Part shown: positions 12,241 through 25,515 of the stretch, piece by piece
How the letters are laid out: each line of letters opens with the position of its first letter
Position numbering within the stretch: the first letter of the stretch is position 1
The notes under the pieces: model-generated
Told to the model about the DNA's origin: nothing
The model's database searches: none
What the model saw: only the letters and a program-made list of their open reading frames with translations
Translations under genes and position numbers: made by a program
Assembly (NCBI GenBank): GCA_038087875.1
Contig: CM075995.1
Span: 8,868,001-8,932,000, forward strand
Length of the DNA: 64,000 nt
Direction: 5' to 3'
From: Malacoraja senta
Lineage: Eukaryota

Positions 12241-12395
12241 GTTGGATGATCAGCCATGATCGTATTGAATGGCGGTGCAGGCTCGAAGGGCCGAATGGCC
12301 TACTCCTGCACCTAATTTCTATGTATCTATGTATCTATGTCCCTCTTAAATCCCTGCCATTTCACATTCTGTCCAAATGTCTTTTAAAAGCCGTA

Positions 12396-12935
12396 GAAGG
12401 GTCTTGACCCGAACCGTCACCCATTCCTTCTCTCCACAGATGCTGGCTGACCCGCTGAGTTACTCCAGCACTCTGTGAAACGTCACCTATCCATGTTCTC
12501 CACAGATGCTGCCTGATCCACTGAGTTACTCCAGCACTCTGTGAAACGTCACCTATCCATTTTCTCCACAGATGCTGCCTGACCCGCTGAGTTACTCCAG
12601 CACTCTGTGAAACGTCACCTATCCATGTTCCCCACATATGCTGCCTGACCCACTGAGTTACTCCAGCACTCTGTGAAACGTCACCTATCCATGTTCTCCA
12701 CAGATGCTGCCTGATCCACTGAGTTACTCCAGCACTCTGTGAAACGTCACCTATCCATTTTCTCCACAGATGCTGCCTGACCCGCTGAGTTACTCCAGCA
12801 CTCTGTGAAACGTCACCTATCCATGTTCCCCACAGATGCTGCCTGACCCACTGAGTTACTCCAGCACTCTGTGAAACGTCACCTATCCATGTTCTCCACA
12901 GATGCTGCCTGACCCGCTGAGTTCGTCCAGCATTT
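12396..12935 (+). repeat. 66-bp tandem array (~8 units)
   Basis: Starts with agaagggtcttgacccgaaccgtc. Confidence 0.95.
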
Positions 12936-13019
12936 TGTGTCTATCGTCGGTGTAAACCAGCACCTACAGTTCCTTCCTACACATTTTAAAAGCCATAATT
13001 TGCTGCATTTTATGTTTAA

Positions 13020-13530
<511 letters not shown>

Positions 13531-15727
13531 TTAACTTCATATACAAGGAAATACCGTGCTTAACATTGTATGTCAGTTGCTTATCTGACCTCGAAGGGAT
13601 CTATCGCAGTCGCTGCCTCAATAAGGCTGCCAACCTCATCACGGACCCACACCATCCTGGCCACACATTCATCTCTCCACTGCCATCAGGTAGAAGGTAC
13701 AGGAGCCTGGAATCTGTAACGTCCAGGTTCAGGAACAGCTGTTTCCCCACAGCCATCAGGCTATTAAACACGCCATTTGGCCCTTCGAGCCAGCACCGCC
13801 ATTCAGTGTGATCATGGCTGATCATCCACAATCAGTACCCCGTTCCTGCCTTCTCCCCATATCCCCTGACTCTGCTATTTTTAAGAGCCCTATCTAGCTC
13901 TCTCTTGAAAGCATCCAGAGAACCTGCCTCCACCGCCCTCCGAGGCAGAGAATTCCACAGACTCACCACTCTCTGTGTGAAAAAGTGTTTCCTCGTCTCC
14001 GTTCTAAATGGCTTACCCCTTATTCTTAAACTGTGGCCCCTGGTTCTGGACTCCCCCAACATCGGGAACATGCTTCCTGCCTCTAGCGTGTCCAAACCCT
14101 TAATAATCTTATATGTTTCAACAAGATCCCCCTCTCATCCTTTTAAACTCCAGAGTGTACAAGCCCAGCCGCTCCATTCTCTCAACATATGACAGTCCCG
14201 CCATCCCGGGAATTAACCTTGTAAACCTACGCTGCACTCCCTCAATAGCAAGAATGTCCTTCCTCAAATTAGGGGACCAAAACTACACACAATACTGCAG
14301 GTGTGGTCTCACTAGGGCCCTGTACCTACAATCCTGTACATCTTTGGGAGTGTGGGAGGAAACCGGGGCACCCGGAGAAAACCCACGCAGGTCACGGGGA
14401 GAACGTACGAACTCCGTACAGACAGCACCCGTAGTCAGGATTGAACCCGGGTCTCTGGCACTGTGAGGCAGCAACTCTACCGCTGTGCCACCCTAGTTTT
14501 AATTCATTCACATATTTTCTGTATTATTGCATTAACGGACCCACTAAGCTGAAGCAAGTGAGAGCTCAATTGTTCCATTGTTGGTAGATATGTCCAATAA
14601 GCACTATTGACTTCACATTTAAAATGACCCTCTTAAACTAACAGGGAAATTAGTGTTATAGAGTGATACAGCGTGGAAACAGGCCCTTCGGCCCAACTTG
14701 CCCACACCGGCCAACAGTGTCCAAGCTACACTCGTCCCACCTGCCAGCGCTTGGTCCATATCCCTCCAAACCTGTCCTATCCATGTACCTGTCCAACTGT
14801 TTCTTAAATGTTGGGATAGTCCCAGCCTCAACTACCTCCTCCGGCAGCTCGTTCCATACACCCACCACCCTTTGTGTGAAAAAGTTTCCCCTCAGATTCC
14901 TATTAAATCTTCTCCCCTTCACCTTAAACCCATGTCCTCTGGTCCTCGATTCCCCTACACTGGGGCATGAGACTCTGTGCATCTATCCGATCTATTCCCC
15001 TCATGATATTATACACCTCTATAAGACCACTCCCCATCCTCATGCGCTCCATGGAATAGACAATAGACAATAGGTGCAGGAGTAGGCCATTCGGCCCTTC
15101 GAGCCAGGACCGCCATTCAATGTGATCGTGGCTGATCATCCCCAATCAGTACCCCGTTCCTGCCTTCTCCCCTGACTATCTTTAAGAGCCCTATCTAGCT
15201 CTCGCTTGAAAGCATCCAGAGAACCTGCCTCCACCGCCCTCTGAGGTAGAGAATTCCACCGACTCGCCACTCTCTGTGAGAAAAAACGTTTCCTCGTCTC
15301 CGTTCTAAATGGCTTACTCCTTATTCTTAAACTGTGTCCCCTGGTTCTGGACTCCCCCAACATGGGGAACATGTTTCCTGCCTCTAGTGTGTCCAAACAC
15401 TTAACCATCTTATATGTTTCAATGAGATACCCTCTCATCCTTCTAAACTCCAGAGTGTACAAGCCCAGCCGCTCCATTCTCTCAGCATATGACAGTCCCG
15501 CCATCCCGGGAATTAACCTTGTGAACCTACGCTGCACTCCCTCAATAGCAAGAATGTCCTTCCTCAAATTAGGGGATGTTTGATGTTTTACGTGTCATTC
15601 TTAACTGTCACTGTATGTCGTTGTCACTTGCGGTCGGAGCACCAAGGCAAATTCCTTGTATGTGACAAGGCCAATAAACGTATTCATTCATATGCCCCAC
15701 CCACCACACACACACACAACCTCCTTA

Positions 15728-16984
<1,257 letters not shown>

Positions 16985-18214
16985 TCAGAGTATTGTGAAA
17001 CATAGAAAATAGGTGCAGGAGGAGGCCATTCAGCCCTTCGAGCCTGCACCGCCATTCAATGTGATCATGGCTGATCGTCCCCTATCAATAACCCGTGCCT
17101 GCCTTCTCCCCATATCCCTCGACTCCACTAGCCCCTAGAGCTCTATCTAACTCTCGCTTAAATCCATCCAGTGACTTGGCCTCCACTGCCCTCTGTGGCA
17201 GGGAATTCCACAAATTCACAACTCTCTGGGTGAAAACGTTTTTTCTCACCTCAGTCTAAAATGGCCTCCCCTTTATTCTAAGACTGTGGCCCCTGGTTCT
17301 GGACTCGCCCAACATTGGGAAAAAATTTCCTGCATCTAGCTTGTCCAGTCCTTTTATAATTTTATATGTTTCTGTAAGATCCCCCCATATCCTTCTAAAC
17401 TCCAGTGAATACAAGCCTAGTCTTTCCTCATATGACAGTCCCGCCATCCCAGGGATCAATCTGGTGAACCTACGCTGCACTGCCTCAATCACAAGGATGT
17501 CCTTCCTCAAATTAGGAGACCAAAACTGTACTCAATACTCCAGATGTGGTCTCACCAGATGTGCTGGGCTGTAGGATACAGAGAAACTGCAGGCCCTTCG
17601 GCCCAGCGAGTCCATGCTCGCCATCAATCACCCATTCACGAATCACAAATTTTATGTTATCTCACTTTCTCATCCACTCCCTACAAACTAGGGGGGCAAT
17701 TTGCAGAGGGCCAATTGACCTACAAAGCTGCATGTGGATTTGGATGTGGGAAGAAACCAGAGCACCTGGGGGAAACCCACGGGGTTACATGGAGCATGTA
17801 CAAACTCCACACAGAGACAGCACCCGAGGTCAGGATCGAACCCCCGGTCTCTGGCAGTGTGAGGCGAGATACACGCAAAGTACTGGAGTAACTCAGCGGG
17901 TCAGGCAGCATCTGTGGAGAACATGGATAGGTGATGTTTCACAGAGTGCTGGAGTAACTCAGCGGGTCAGGCAGCATCTGTGGAGAACATGGATAGGTGA
18001 CGTTTCACAGAGTGCTGGAGTAACTCAGCGGGTCAGGCAGCATCTGTGGAGAACATGGAAAGGTGACGTTTCACAGAGTGCTGGAGTAACTCAGCGGGTC
18101 AGGCAGCATCTGTGGAGAACATGGATAGGTGATGTTTCACGGAGTGCTGGAGTAACTCAGCGGATCAGGCAGCATCTCTGGAGAACATGGATAGGTGACG
18201 TTTCGGGTCGAGAC

Positions 18215-18740
18215 GAGGGTCGCCAACTTTCTCACTCACAAATAAGGGACAAAAGATTAAAAATACGGGACAAATTCCCCGACGGCAATTCGTTGAGCGA
18301 CTCGGCCGTGGCTGGGTGAATGATGAGTTGGCCCCGGGTGCTGGACTGCACACAAAGCCCAGCCGGCGGGCCAGCTGAGGAGTTTTGGCCCGGGCCGCGT
18401 GACGTCACGCGCAAAGTCCGGCACCCGTGCAACTCATGAACCGATGATCGGCCGTGAGAAGGAGGGGTGGTGGTGGTGTCGGCGGTAAGCGAAGGTCTGA
18501 AGGTCGGACAGCTGGCCGGGCTGGCGACGGGGCCACGGGCGAGGCGCTGCTGCTGCACTCCATGGGCTGCACTACGTCGGGACGAGTGAGGCGGGGCCGG
18601 ACGCGGCGCTCCGACCCGACAGTCCCCTCGACCCGAGTAGTAGCGGTCAAATACGGGACAAGAGCGGTCCCGTACGGGACAAACCAATTTAGCCCAAAAT
18701 ACGGGATGTCCCGGCTAATACGGGACAGTTGGCAACACTA
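18215..18740. mobile_element. Non-autonomous hAT-type DNA transposon (MITE)
   Basis: Imperfect TIRs gagggtcgccaact / agttggcaacacta (TAGGGTTGCCA-like), 8-bp TSD gtcgagac (18207-18214, 18741-18748), subterminal tacgggac repeats. Confidence 0.85.
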
Positions 18741-19045
18741 GTCGAGACCCATCTTCAGACTGAATGTAGAGGGGGGGGGGAGGGGGAACTGGAGGTAAGA
18801 AAAAGCCAGAACAAAGCAGATCCGGCAACAGATGACCAAGAAAGGGTGGAGCCCACAATGGGCCATTGTTGGCTGGGGAAGAGGTGATAACGAGTTAATG
18901 CAGACAGTGGAACTCAAGCGGATGACAGTGAAACTAGTACAATGACTAGGTGTGGGTGACGGAGAGAGAGGGAAAACAAGGATTACTTGAAGTTGGAGAA
19001 GTCAATGTTCATAACTCTAGGGTGTAAGCTGCCCAAGCGAAATAT

Positions 19046-20104
19046 AATAATAATAATAGATTTTATTTATATAGCGCTTTTCAAGGACTCAGTCGCTTTA
19101 CATTGAGAGTCAAAAACAAAATTAAATAGAGCAGTAAGACAGAGATGCAAAGGGGAGGGGGACATGGGACTAAGGGTATGCAGAGGTGAAGAGATGGGTC
19201 TTGAGGTGGGACTGGAGGATGGTGAGGGACTCAGAATTTCGGACCAGTTGTGGGAGGGAATTCCAGAGCCTGGGAGCTGCCCTGGAGAAGGCTCTGTTTC
19301 CAAAAGTGCAGAGGTTGGATTTCGGAATGGAGAGGAGACCAGCTGATGTGGATCTGAGGGACCGTGAGGGTTGGTAGGGGGAGAGGAGGTCAGTGAGATA
19401 AGGGGGGGCCAAGTGGTTGAGGGCTTTGTAGGTGAGGACCAGGATTTTGTAGATGATCCGGTGGTAAATGGGAAGCCAGTGGAGTTCTTTGAGAACTGGG
19501 GTGATGTGGTGCCAGGATTTGGTGTGGGTGATGAGTCGAGCGGCTGCGTTCTGGACCAGTTGGAGTCAGTTGATGTTGCTGGAATTGATGCCAAAGAGAA
19601 GAGAGTTACAGTAGTCCAGTCAGGAGGAGATGAAGGTATGGATGAGTCTTTCAGCAGCGGGGGGTGTGAGAGAGGGTCTGATTTTGGCAATGATGCGGAG
19701 GTGAAAAAATGATGTTTTGACAACATGGTGGATGTGAGGCTCAAGGGAGAGGGTTGAGTCAAAGATCACGCCAAGGTTGCAGGCCTGAGGAGATGGGGAG
19801 ACAGTGGTGCCGTCAATAGTGAGAGTGGAGTTGTTAATTTTGGTATGTGTTGATTTGGAGCCAATGAGGAGAAATTCTGCTTTGTTACTGTTTAATTTAA
19901 GGAAGTTGAGTTGCATCCAAGATTTAATGGCTGACAGGCAGGAGTTGATATGGGAGAGAGGGGGGTGGTGGGGGGACTTGGTGCTGAGATAGATCTGGGT
20001 GTCATCAACATAGCAGTGGAAGTCCAGGTTGAAGTGACGGAGTATATGAGTAAGGGGGAGGATGTAGATGATGAAGAGGAGGGGACCGAGAACGGAGCCT
20101 TGGG
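19046..20104 (-). mobile_element. L2-clade LINE 3' fragment inserted into a Penelope remnant
   Basis: PQGSVLGPLLF, YADDTQIY, HITP, PRLWNSLP and LKTHLF motifs with a (TAT)n tail. It interrupts the Penelope sequence gaaatat|gaggtgctg. Confidence 0.85.
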
Positions 20105-21965
20105 GAGGTGCTGCTCCTCCAATTTGCGCTGGGCCTCACTCTGACAATGGAGGAGGCCCAGGGCAGAAAGGTGAGAGTGGGAATGGGAGGGGGAGTTAAA
20201 GTGTTGGGCAATCGGGAGACCCCAGTCATCCTACTAGTTCACATCCTCCTATCCCATCACCATCACCTCTGCTTCCCCAGCCAACAATGGACCATTGTGG
20301 GCTCCATCCTTCCCTGGTCATCCGTTTGGGATAGACCTCAAGTGCTGACTGCAGAGTTTGCTCGTCATCCCTGTGACTGTGGGGTTCCTCCGGGTGCTCC
20401 GGTTTCCTCCCACATCCCAAAGACGTGCGTGCGGGTTTGTAGGTAGATTGGCTTCTGTAAATTGTCCCCAGAGTGTGTAGGATAGTGTTAGTGTACTGGG
20501 GTTGATCGATGGTTAATGGCAGGTTAATCGGCCCTCTGTAAATTGCCCCTAGTGTGTAGGGAATCGATGAGAAATTGGGATAACATGCGAGTGGGTGACC
20601 CACAGTTGGTGTGGACTCGATGGGCCGAAGGGCCTGTTTCCACGCTGTATCTCTCAATCAAACAACAGGATTTCCCCGGGTGCCACGGATTCAAGTTCAA
20701 GTTATTGTTGCATATTTCCTCCCACACTCCAAAGACGTGCAGGTTTGTAGGTTAATTGGCTTCTGTAAATACATTTTTTCTCACAGAGAGTTGTGAGTCT
20801 GTGGGATTCTCTGCCTCAGAGGGCGGTGGAGGCAGGTTCTCTGGATGCTTTCAAGAGAGAGCTAGATCGAGCTCTTAAAGATAGCGGAGTCAGGGGATAT
20901 GGGGAGAAGGCAGGAACGGGGTACTGATTGGGGATGATCAGCCATGATCACATTGAATGGCGGTGCTGGCTCGAAGGGCCTACTCCTGCACCTATTGTCT
21001 ATTGTCCCTGGCGTCCGTGTGTGTAGGATAGTGCGAGTGTGCGGGGATCGCTGGTCGGCGCGGACCCGGTGGGCCGGAGGGCCTGTTTCCGCGCCGAATC
21101 TCTCAATCAAACGATAAAACGCTAACGACCCTTTAATACAAAACATCAAGTGGCAGAAGCTCAAACACAATAAATCCATCTCCTCCCATGGGGAAGGGAA
21201 TGCGGCCAAAAAGGATTCTTGCTTAATTGCTTCTATCCTTCAGACAGCATTGAGGTCCACACAAAAAACAAAATGTAAGTGCATCGAATGCAGAAAGACC
21301 TGCGGCTGTTTGTCATGACCTGTTGTAACTGATGATGTTCATACGCTCCAGGGGCAGAATTAGGCCATTCAGCCCATCATGTCCATTTTTTCCTCTCAAC
21401 CCCATCCTCCTGCCTTCTCCCCATAACCCCTGACACCCGTACTAATCAAGAACCTCCCTATCTCTGCCTTAAACATATCCACTGACTTGTGGCCTCCACA
21501 GCCGTCTGTGGCAAAGAATTCCACAGATTCTGACTAAAGAGATCTCTGCTCATCTCCTTTCTAAAGCTACGTCCTTTAATCCTGAGGCTGCGACCTCTGC
21601 TCCGAGCCATCTTCTCCACATCCACTCTATCCACCTGCGTGCATTTGGCCCACATCCCTCTAAACCCATCCTATTCACGGACCTGTCCAAATTCTTTGCC
21701 GCAGAAGACTGTGGAGGCCAAGTCAGTGGATATCTCTCAGGCAGAGATGGACAGATTCTTGATTAGTGCGGGTGTCAGGGGTTATAGGGAGAAGGCAGGA
21801 GAATGGGGTTAGGAGGGAGAGGCAGATCAGCCATGATTGAATGGTGGAGTAGAATTGATGGGCCGAATGGCCTAATTCTGCTCCTATCATTTATGACCTT
21901 AAATGTTCCTTCACATAGATAGGTAGAGAATGGAGGGATTACGAGGAGATTAGTTTAGGTACAGT

Positions 21966-22404
21966 TTAGGGCAGTGGGCAGGTGCAATAGACCTGCACGG
22001 GAAGGTAGACGCTCCCGCCCCCACGAGTCTCGAGCAGATGGGGCTCGTCAGCCTGGGAAGGCAGTCCATCTAGGAGAGGGAAAACTCTGATTGAAAACCT
22101 CCCTTGCTTGTGGCCATATCCAGTCATGGAAAAGGCTCCAGGAGTAAACCTCAAGAAAATCTGGAGTCGGAGCCCCTAAGGCAGTACGTCGTTGTCTACA
22201 ACCTCGCTCTGGCAGCTCCTGTGACGGCGCTGGTGCCAAACTGTAACGGCCCTGCTGTTCCTTTGGGTCGATCAGCGACGTGGAGAGGGGGGGGGACGGG
22301 ACGTGCTGCATGGGGCAACAGCCTGTCCTCCATATGACATCGCCCAGGCTTGCATCCGACCAGGATGCATCACCCATGGTCAGTCATGACCGAGAGGGGC
22401 CTAC
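21966..22404 (+). mobile_element. ~440-bp non-autonomous RTE-like element with a different 5' part but the same 3' hairpin
   Basis: TSD ttaggt(a/g)cagt (21955-21965, 22405-22415); CTAGGAGAGGGAAAACTCTGA motif; 3' end cccatggtcagtcatgaccg shared with 4638-5058. Confidence 0.65.
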
Positions 22405-22529
22405 TTAGGTGCAGTGAAAAGCTTTTGTTGCCTGCTAACCAGTTTGACTTGGGATCATGTTCGGCAGAGATGCTGTGGGCCGAAAGGCCTGCTCCCCTGC
22501 TGTACTATGTTCGACATTGAGATATAGGT

Positions 22530-22840
22530 GGGGCAGCAGGGTGGCGCAGCGGTAGAGTTGCTGCCTCACACCTCCATAGAACCGGGTTCGATCCCGACTA
22601 CGGGTGCTGTCTGTACGGAGTTGCACGTTCTCCCCGTGACCTGCGTGGGTTTTCTCCAAGATCTCCGGTTTCCTCCCACACTCCAAAGGCGTGCGGGTAC
22701 ATAGGTTAGTCGGCTTGGAATAAAATGTAAATTGTCCCTAGTGGGTGTAGGATAGTGTTAGTGTGCGGGGATCGCTGTACGGCGCGGACCAGGTGGGCCG
22801 AAGGGCCTGTTTCCGCGCTGTATCTCTGAACTAAACTAAA
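22530..22840 (+). mobile_element. tRNA-derived SINE (HE1/V-SINE-like). Other copies at ~50-305(-), 4026-4300(+), 6080-6385(-), 14325-14492(-), 17580-17865(-), 29710-30025(+), 33810-34092(-), 60085-60380(+)
   Basis: Pol III A box TGGCGCAGCGG and B box GGTTCGATCC, conserved core GTTCTCCCCGTGACC...TTCCTCCCACA, CR1-like tail GGGCCGAAGGGCCTGTTTCC. Confidence 0.85.
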
Positions 22841-22860
22841 CATAGCTTCAGGGTTCTTAC

Positions 22861-22900
22861 TTAGTAGTTGGTGATGGATGAGCCGTGAGCTTCTCTTCAT
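22861..22900 (-). CDS. TMEM108: TMEM108 first coding exon (exon 22861-22946: 46 nt 5'UTR + 40 nt CDS)
   Basis: ATG at 22900 gives MKRSSRLIHHQLL+A. Donor gtaag at 22860; acceptor tttacttccag ends at 22947. Resembles the recalled human N-terminus MKRSLQALYCQLLS. Confidence 0.9.
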
Positions 22901-22938
22901 GGTATCACCTGCTCCAGATTATCCTCCACATTAGTCAT
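22897..22938 (-). CDS. 13-aa uORF (MTNVEDNLEQVIP*) whose TGA overlaps the TMEM108 start (ATGA)
   Basis: ATG at 22938-22936, TGA at 22899-22897, inside the same exon as the main start. Confidence 0.5.
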   Translation of the reverse strand: MTNVEDNLEQVIP

Positions 22939-23324
22939 GATTCACTCTGGAAGTAAACACATCAAAGACCACGTTAAAGTGGGAGTAGGAATAACACCAA
23001 GCTCCTTGCATTCACAAAAACTCCATCAGTTGTCGTACATAAGTTCACAACCCTTAGAGCCGTAGAGTGATACAGCGTGGAAACAGGCCGTTCGGCCCAA
23101 CTTGCCCACACCGGCCAACATGCCCCTTCTACACGAGTCCCACCTGCCCATATCCCTCTAAACCTGTCCTATCCATAGGAGCAGAATTAGGCCATTCGGC
23201 CCATCAAGTCTACCCCATCATTCCATCATGGCTGATCGATATTTCCCTCTCAACCCCATTCTGCCTGTTTCCACACTGCACCACTGTATGACTGTGACAA
23301 CAATACACACAGGGACAGGCCATT

Positions 23325-24110
23325 CAATAGACAATAGGTGCAGGAGTAGGCCTTTCAGCCCTTCGAGCCAGCACCGTCATTCAATGTGATCATGGCTGAT
23401 CATCCACAATCAGTACCCCGTTCCTGCCTTCTCCCCATATCCCCTGACTCCGCTATCTTTAAGCGCCCTATCTAGCTCTCTCTTGAAAGCATCCAGAGAA
23501 CCTGCCTCCACCGCCCTCTGAGGCAGAGAATTCCACAGACTCACCACTCTCTGTGAGAAAAAGTGTTTCCTCGTCTCCGTTCTAAATTGCTTACCCCTTA
23601 TTCTTAAACTGTGGCCCCTGGTTCTGGACTCCCCCAACATCGGGAACATGTTTCCTGCCTCTAGCGTGTCCAAATCCTTAATAATCTTATATGTTTCAAT
23701 AAGATATCCTCTCATCCTTCTAAACTCCAGAGTGTACAAGCCCAGCCGCTCCATTCTCTCAGCATATGACAGTCCCGCCATCCCGGGAATTAACCTTGTG
23801 AACCTACGCTGCACTCCCTCAATAGCAAGAATGTCCTTCCTCAAATTAGGGGACCAAAACCAAAGATGCTACTCTAGTATCTTTGACCAAAACTGCACAC
23901 AATACTCCAGGTGTGGTCTCACCAGGGCCCTGTACAACTGCAGAAGGGCCTCTTTGCTCCGATACTCAGCTCCTCTTGATATGAAGGCCAACATGCCATT
24001 CGCTTTCTTCACTGCCTGCTGTACCTGCATGCTTACTTTCATTGACTGATGAACAAGGACCCCAGATCCCGTTGTACTTCCCCTTTTCCCAACTTGACAC
24101 CATTTAGATA
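23325..24110 (-). mobile_element. CR1 3' fragment (HER1-like). Similar fragments at ~13772-14325(-), 15055-15577(-), 16997-17560(-), 31432-31925(+), 44690-45312(+), 45776-46385(+), 58610-59100(+), 62950-63662(+)
   Basis: ORF2 C-terminus ...RRFTRLIPGM...SRTRGHSL...GYGEKAGTGY* followed by the conserved 3'UTR and (CTATTGT)n tail. Confidence 0.9.
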
Positions 24111-24214
24111 ACAATTTATGTGCCGTAAAAGACCAACTCTTGACCAATCTGCCTGCCTGCCTGTCTAACAATCTTCATCCTAAACCTGTACCTAATCCAA
24201 CACATCATTTCATC

Positions 24215-24710
24215 ATTGTTCAACTTCTGTCAAGGAGAAGCTATACTCACCCTCGTTAGACCTCATTTGGACTACGCAGTTGCAGCATGGGACCCATACA
24301 CAAACAAAAACATTTCTTCCATCGAACGTGTCCAAAGACAGGCAGCTCGATTTATTACTAACACCTATGAGAGGGAAGCGAGTGTTACCAAACTTCTGAA
24401 TTCTCTGGGGTGGAACCCTCTCCAAGACAGACGTGAAGCTCACCGTTTGACTGTTTTTACAAAATGTTAAATGGTCAGCTCGACATAGATTACAAGACCT
24501 ACACCAAACCCAAACCAATTAGGAGCAGACGAGGGCATTCGATCCAATTTGTGATTCCAGCTACCAAGACAGATGTGTTACAGCAATTCGTTCTACCCCC
24601 GCACAATTACAGCATGGAATAATCTCCACCCTACTATAGTTACCCAACCAGATGCAACTAAATTTAAAGGTAGCTCTTTCTTCCCAAAAACCCTTTCTGG
24701 CTTAAGTCCT
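24215..24710 (+). mobile_element. 3' fragment of a divergent CR1-group LINE
   Basis: LVRPHLDYAVAAWDPY...IERVQRQAARF...NSFYPRTITAWNNL, distinct from the resident CR1 (LEYCVQFWSP) family. Confidence 0.7.
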
Positions 24711-24714
24711 CCTG

Positions 24715-25515
24715 GATAAAGGTGAGCTTATCCATTTTGGTGGCAAAAACGGGAAAGCAGACTATTATCTAAATGGTGGCCGACTAGGAAAAGGGGAGAT
24801 GCAGCGAGACCTGGGTGTCATGGTACACCAGTCATTGAAAGTAGGCATGCAGGTGCAGCAGGCAGTGAAGAAAGCGAATGGTATGTTAGCTTTCATAGCA
24901 AAAGGATTTGAGTATAGGAGCAGGGAGGTTCTACTGCAGTTGTACAGGGTCTTGGTGAGACCACACCTGGAGTATTGCATACAGTTTTGGTCTCCAAATC
25001 TGAGGAATGACATTATTGCCATAGAGGGAGTGCAGAGAAGGTTCACCAGACTGATTCCTGGGATGTCAGGACTGTCTTATCAAGAAAGACTGGATAGACT
25101 TGGTTTATACTCACTAGAATTTATGAGATTGAGAGGGGATCTTATAGAAACTTACAACATTCTTAAGGGGTTGGACAGGCTAGATGCAGGAAGATTGCTC
25201 CCGATGTTGGGGAAGTCCAGGACAAGGGTCACAGCTTAAGGATAAGGGGGAAATCCTTTAAAACCGAGATGAGAAGAACTTTTTTCACACAGAGAGTGGT
25301 GAATCTCTGGAACTCTGCCACAGAGGGTAGTCGAGGCCAGTTCATTGCCTATATTTAAGAGGGAGTTAGATGTGCCCTTGTGGCTAAAGGAATCAGAGGG
25401 TATGGAGAGAAGGCAGTACGGGATACTGAGTTGGATGATCAGCCATGATCATATTGAATGGCGGTGCAGGCTCGAAGGCCGAATGGCCTACTCCTGCACC
25501 TAATTTCTATGTTTC
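24715..25515 (+). mobile_element. CR1 3' fragment, same subfamily as the full-length copy
   Basis: Highly similar to 11520-12330. Confidence 0.9.

Larger units (their letters stand above)
7500..12340 (+). mobile_element. Near-intact full-length CR1 LINE, antisense in the last TMEM108 intron
   Basis: 5'UTR with tandem monomers, ORF1 (zinc finger + SGNH esterase), ORF2 (APE endonuclease + RT), CR1 3'UTR and (TCTATGTA)-type tail at ~12318-12340. The 5' boundary is approximate. Confidence 0.95.
17880..20325 (-). mobile_element. Penelope-like element remnant (GIY-YIG C-terminus + terminal repeat + 66-bp array) split by L2 and hAT insertions, with an inverted terminal-repeat piece at ~20222-20325
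   Basis: Joined pieces give EAQRKLEEQHL|IFRLGSLHP, followed by 3'UTR, hammerhead-like motif and 66-bp units. Confidence 0.7.

Noticed and set aside
21966..22060. HDV-like ribozyme at the 5' end of the RTE-like element
   Set aside because: Some pairings exist (CCCCA/TGGGG, CGAG/CTCG), but the P1/P1.1/P3 order does not fit
22530..22600. tRNA genes
   Set aside because: A/B boxes belong to SINE heads that continue into the SINE core and tail; no complete cloverleaf
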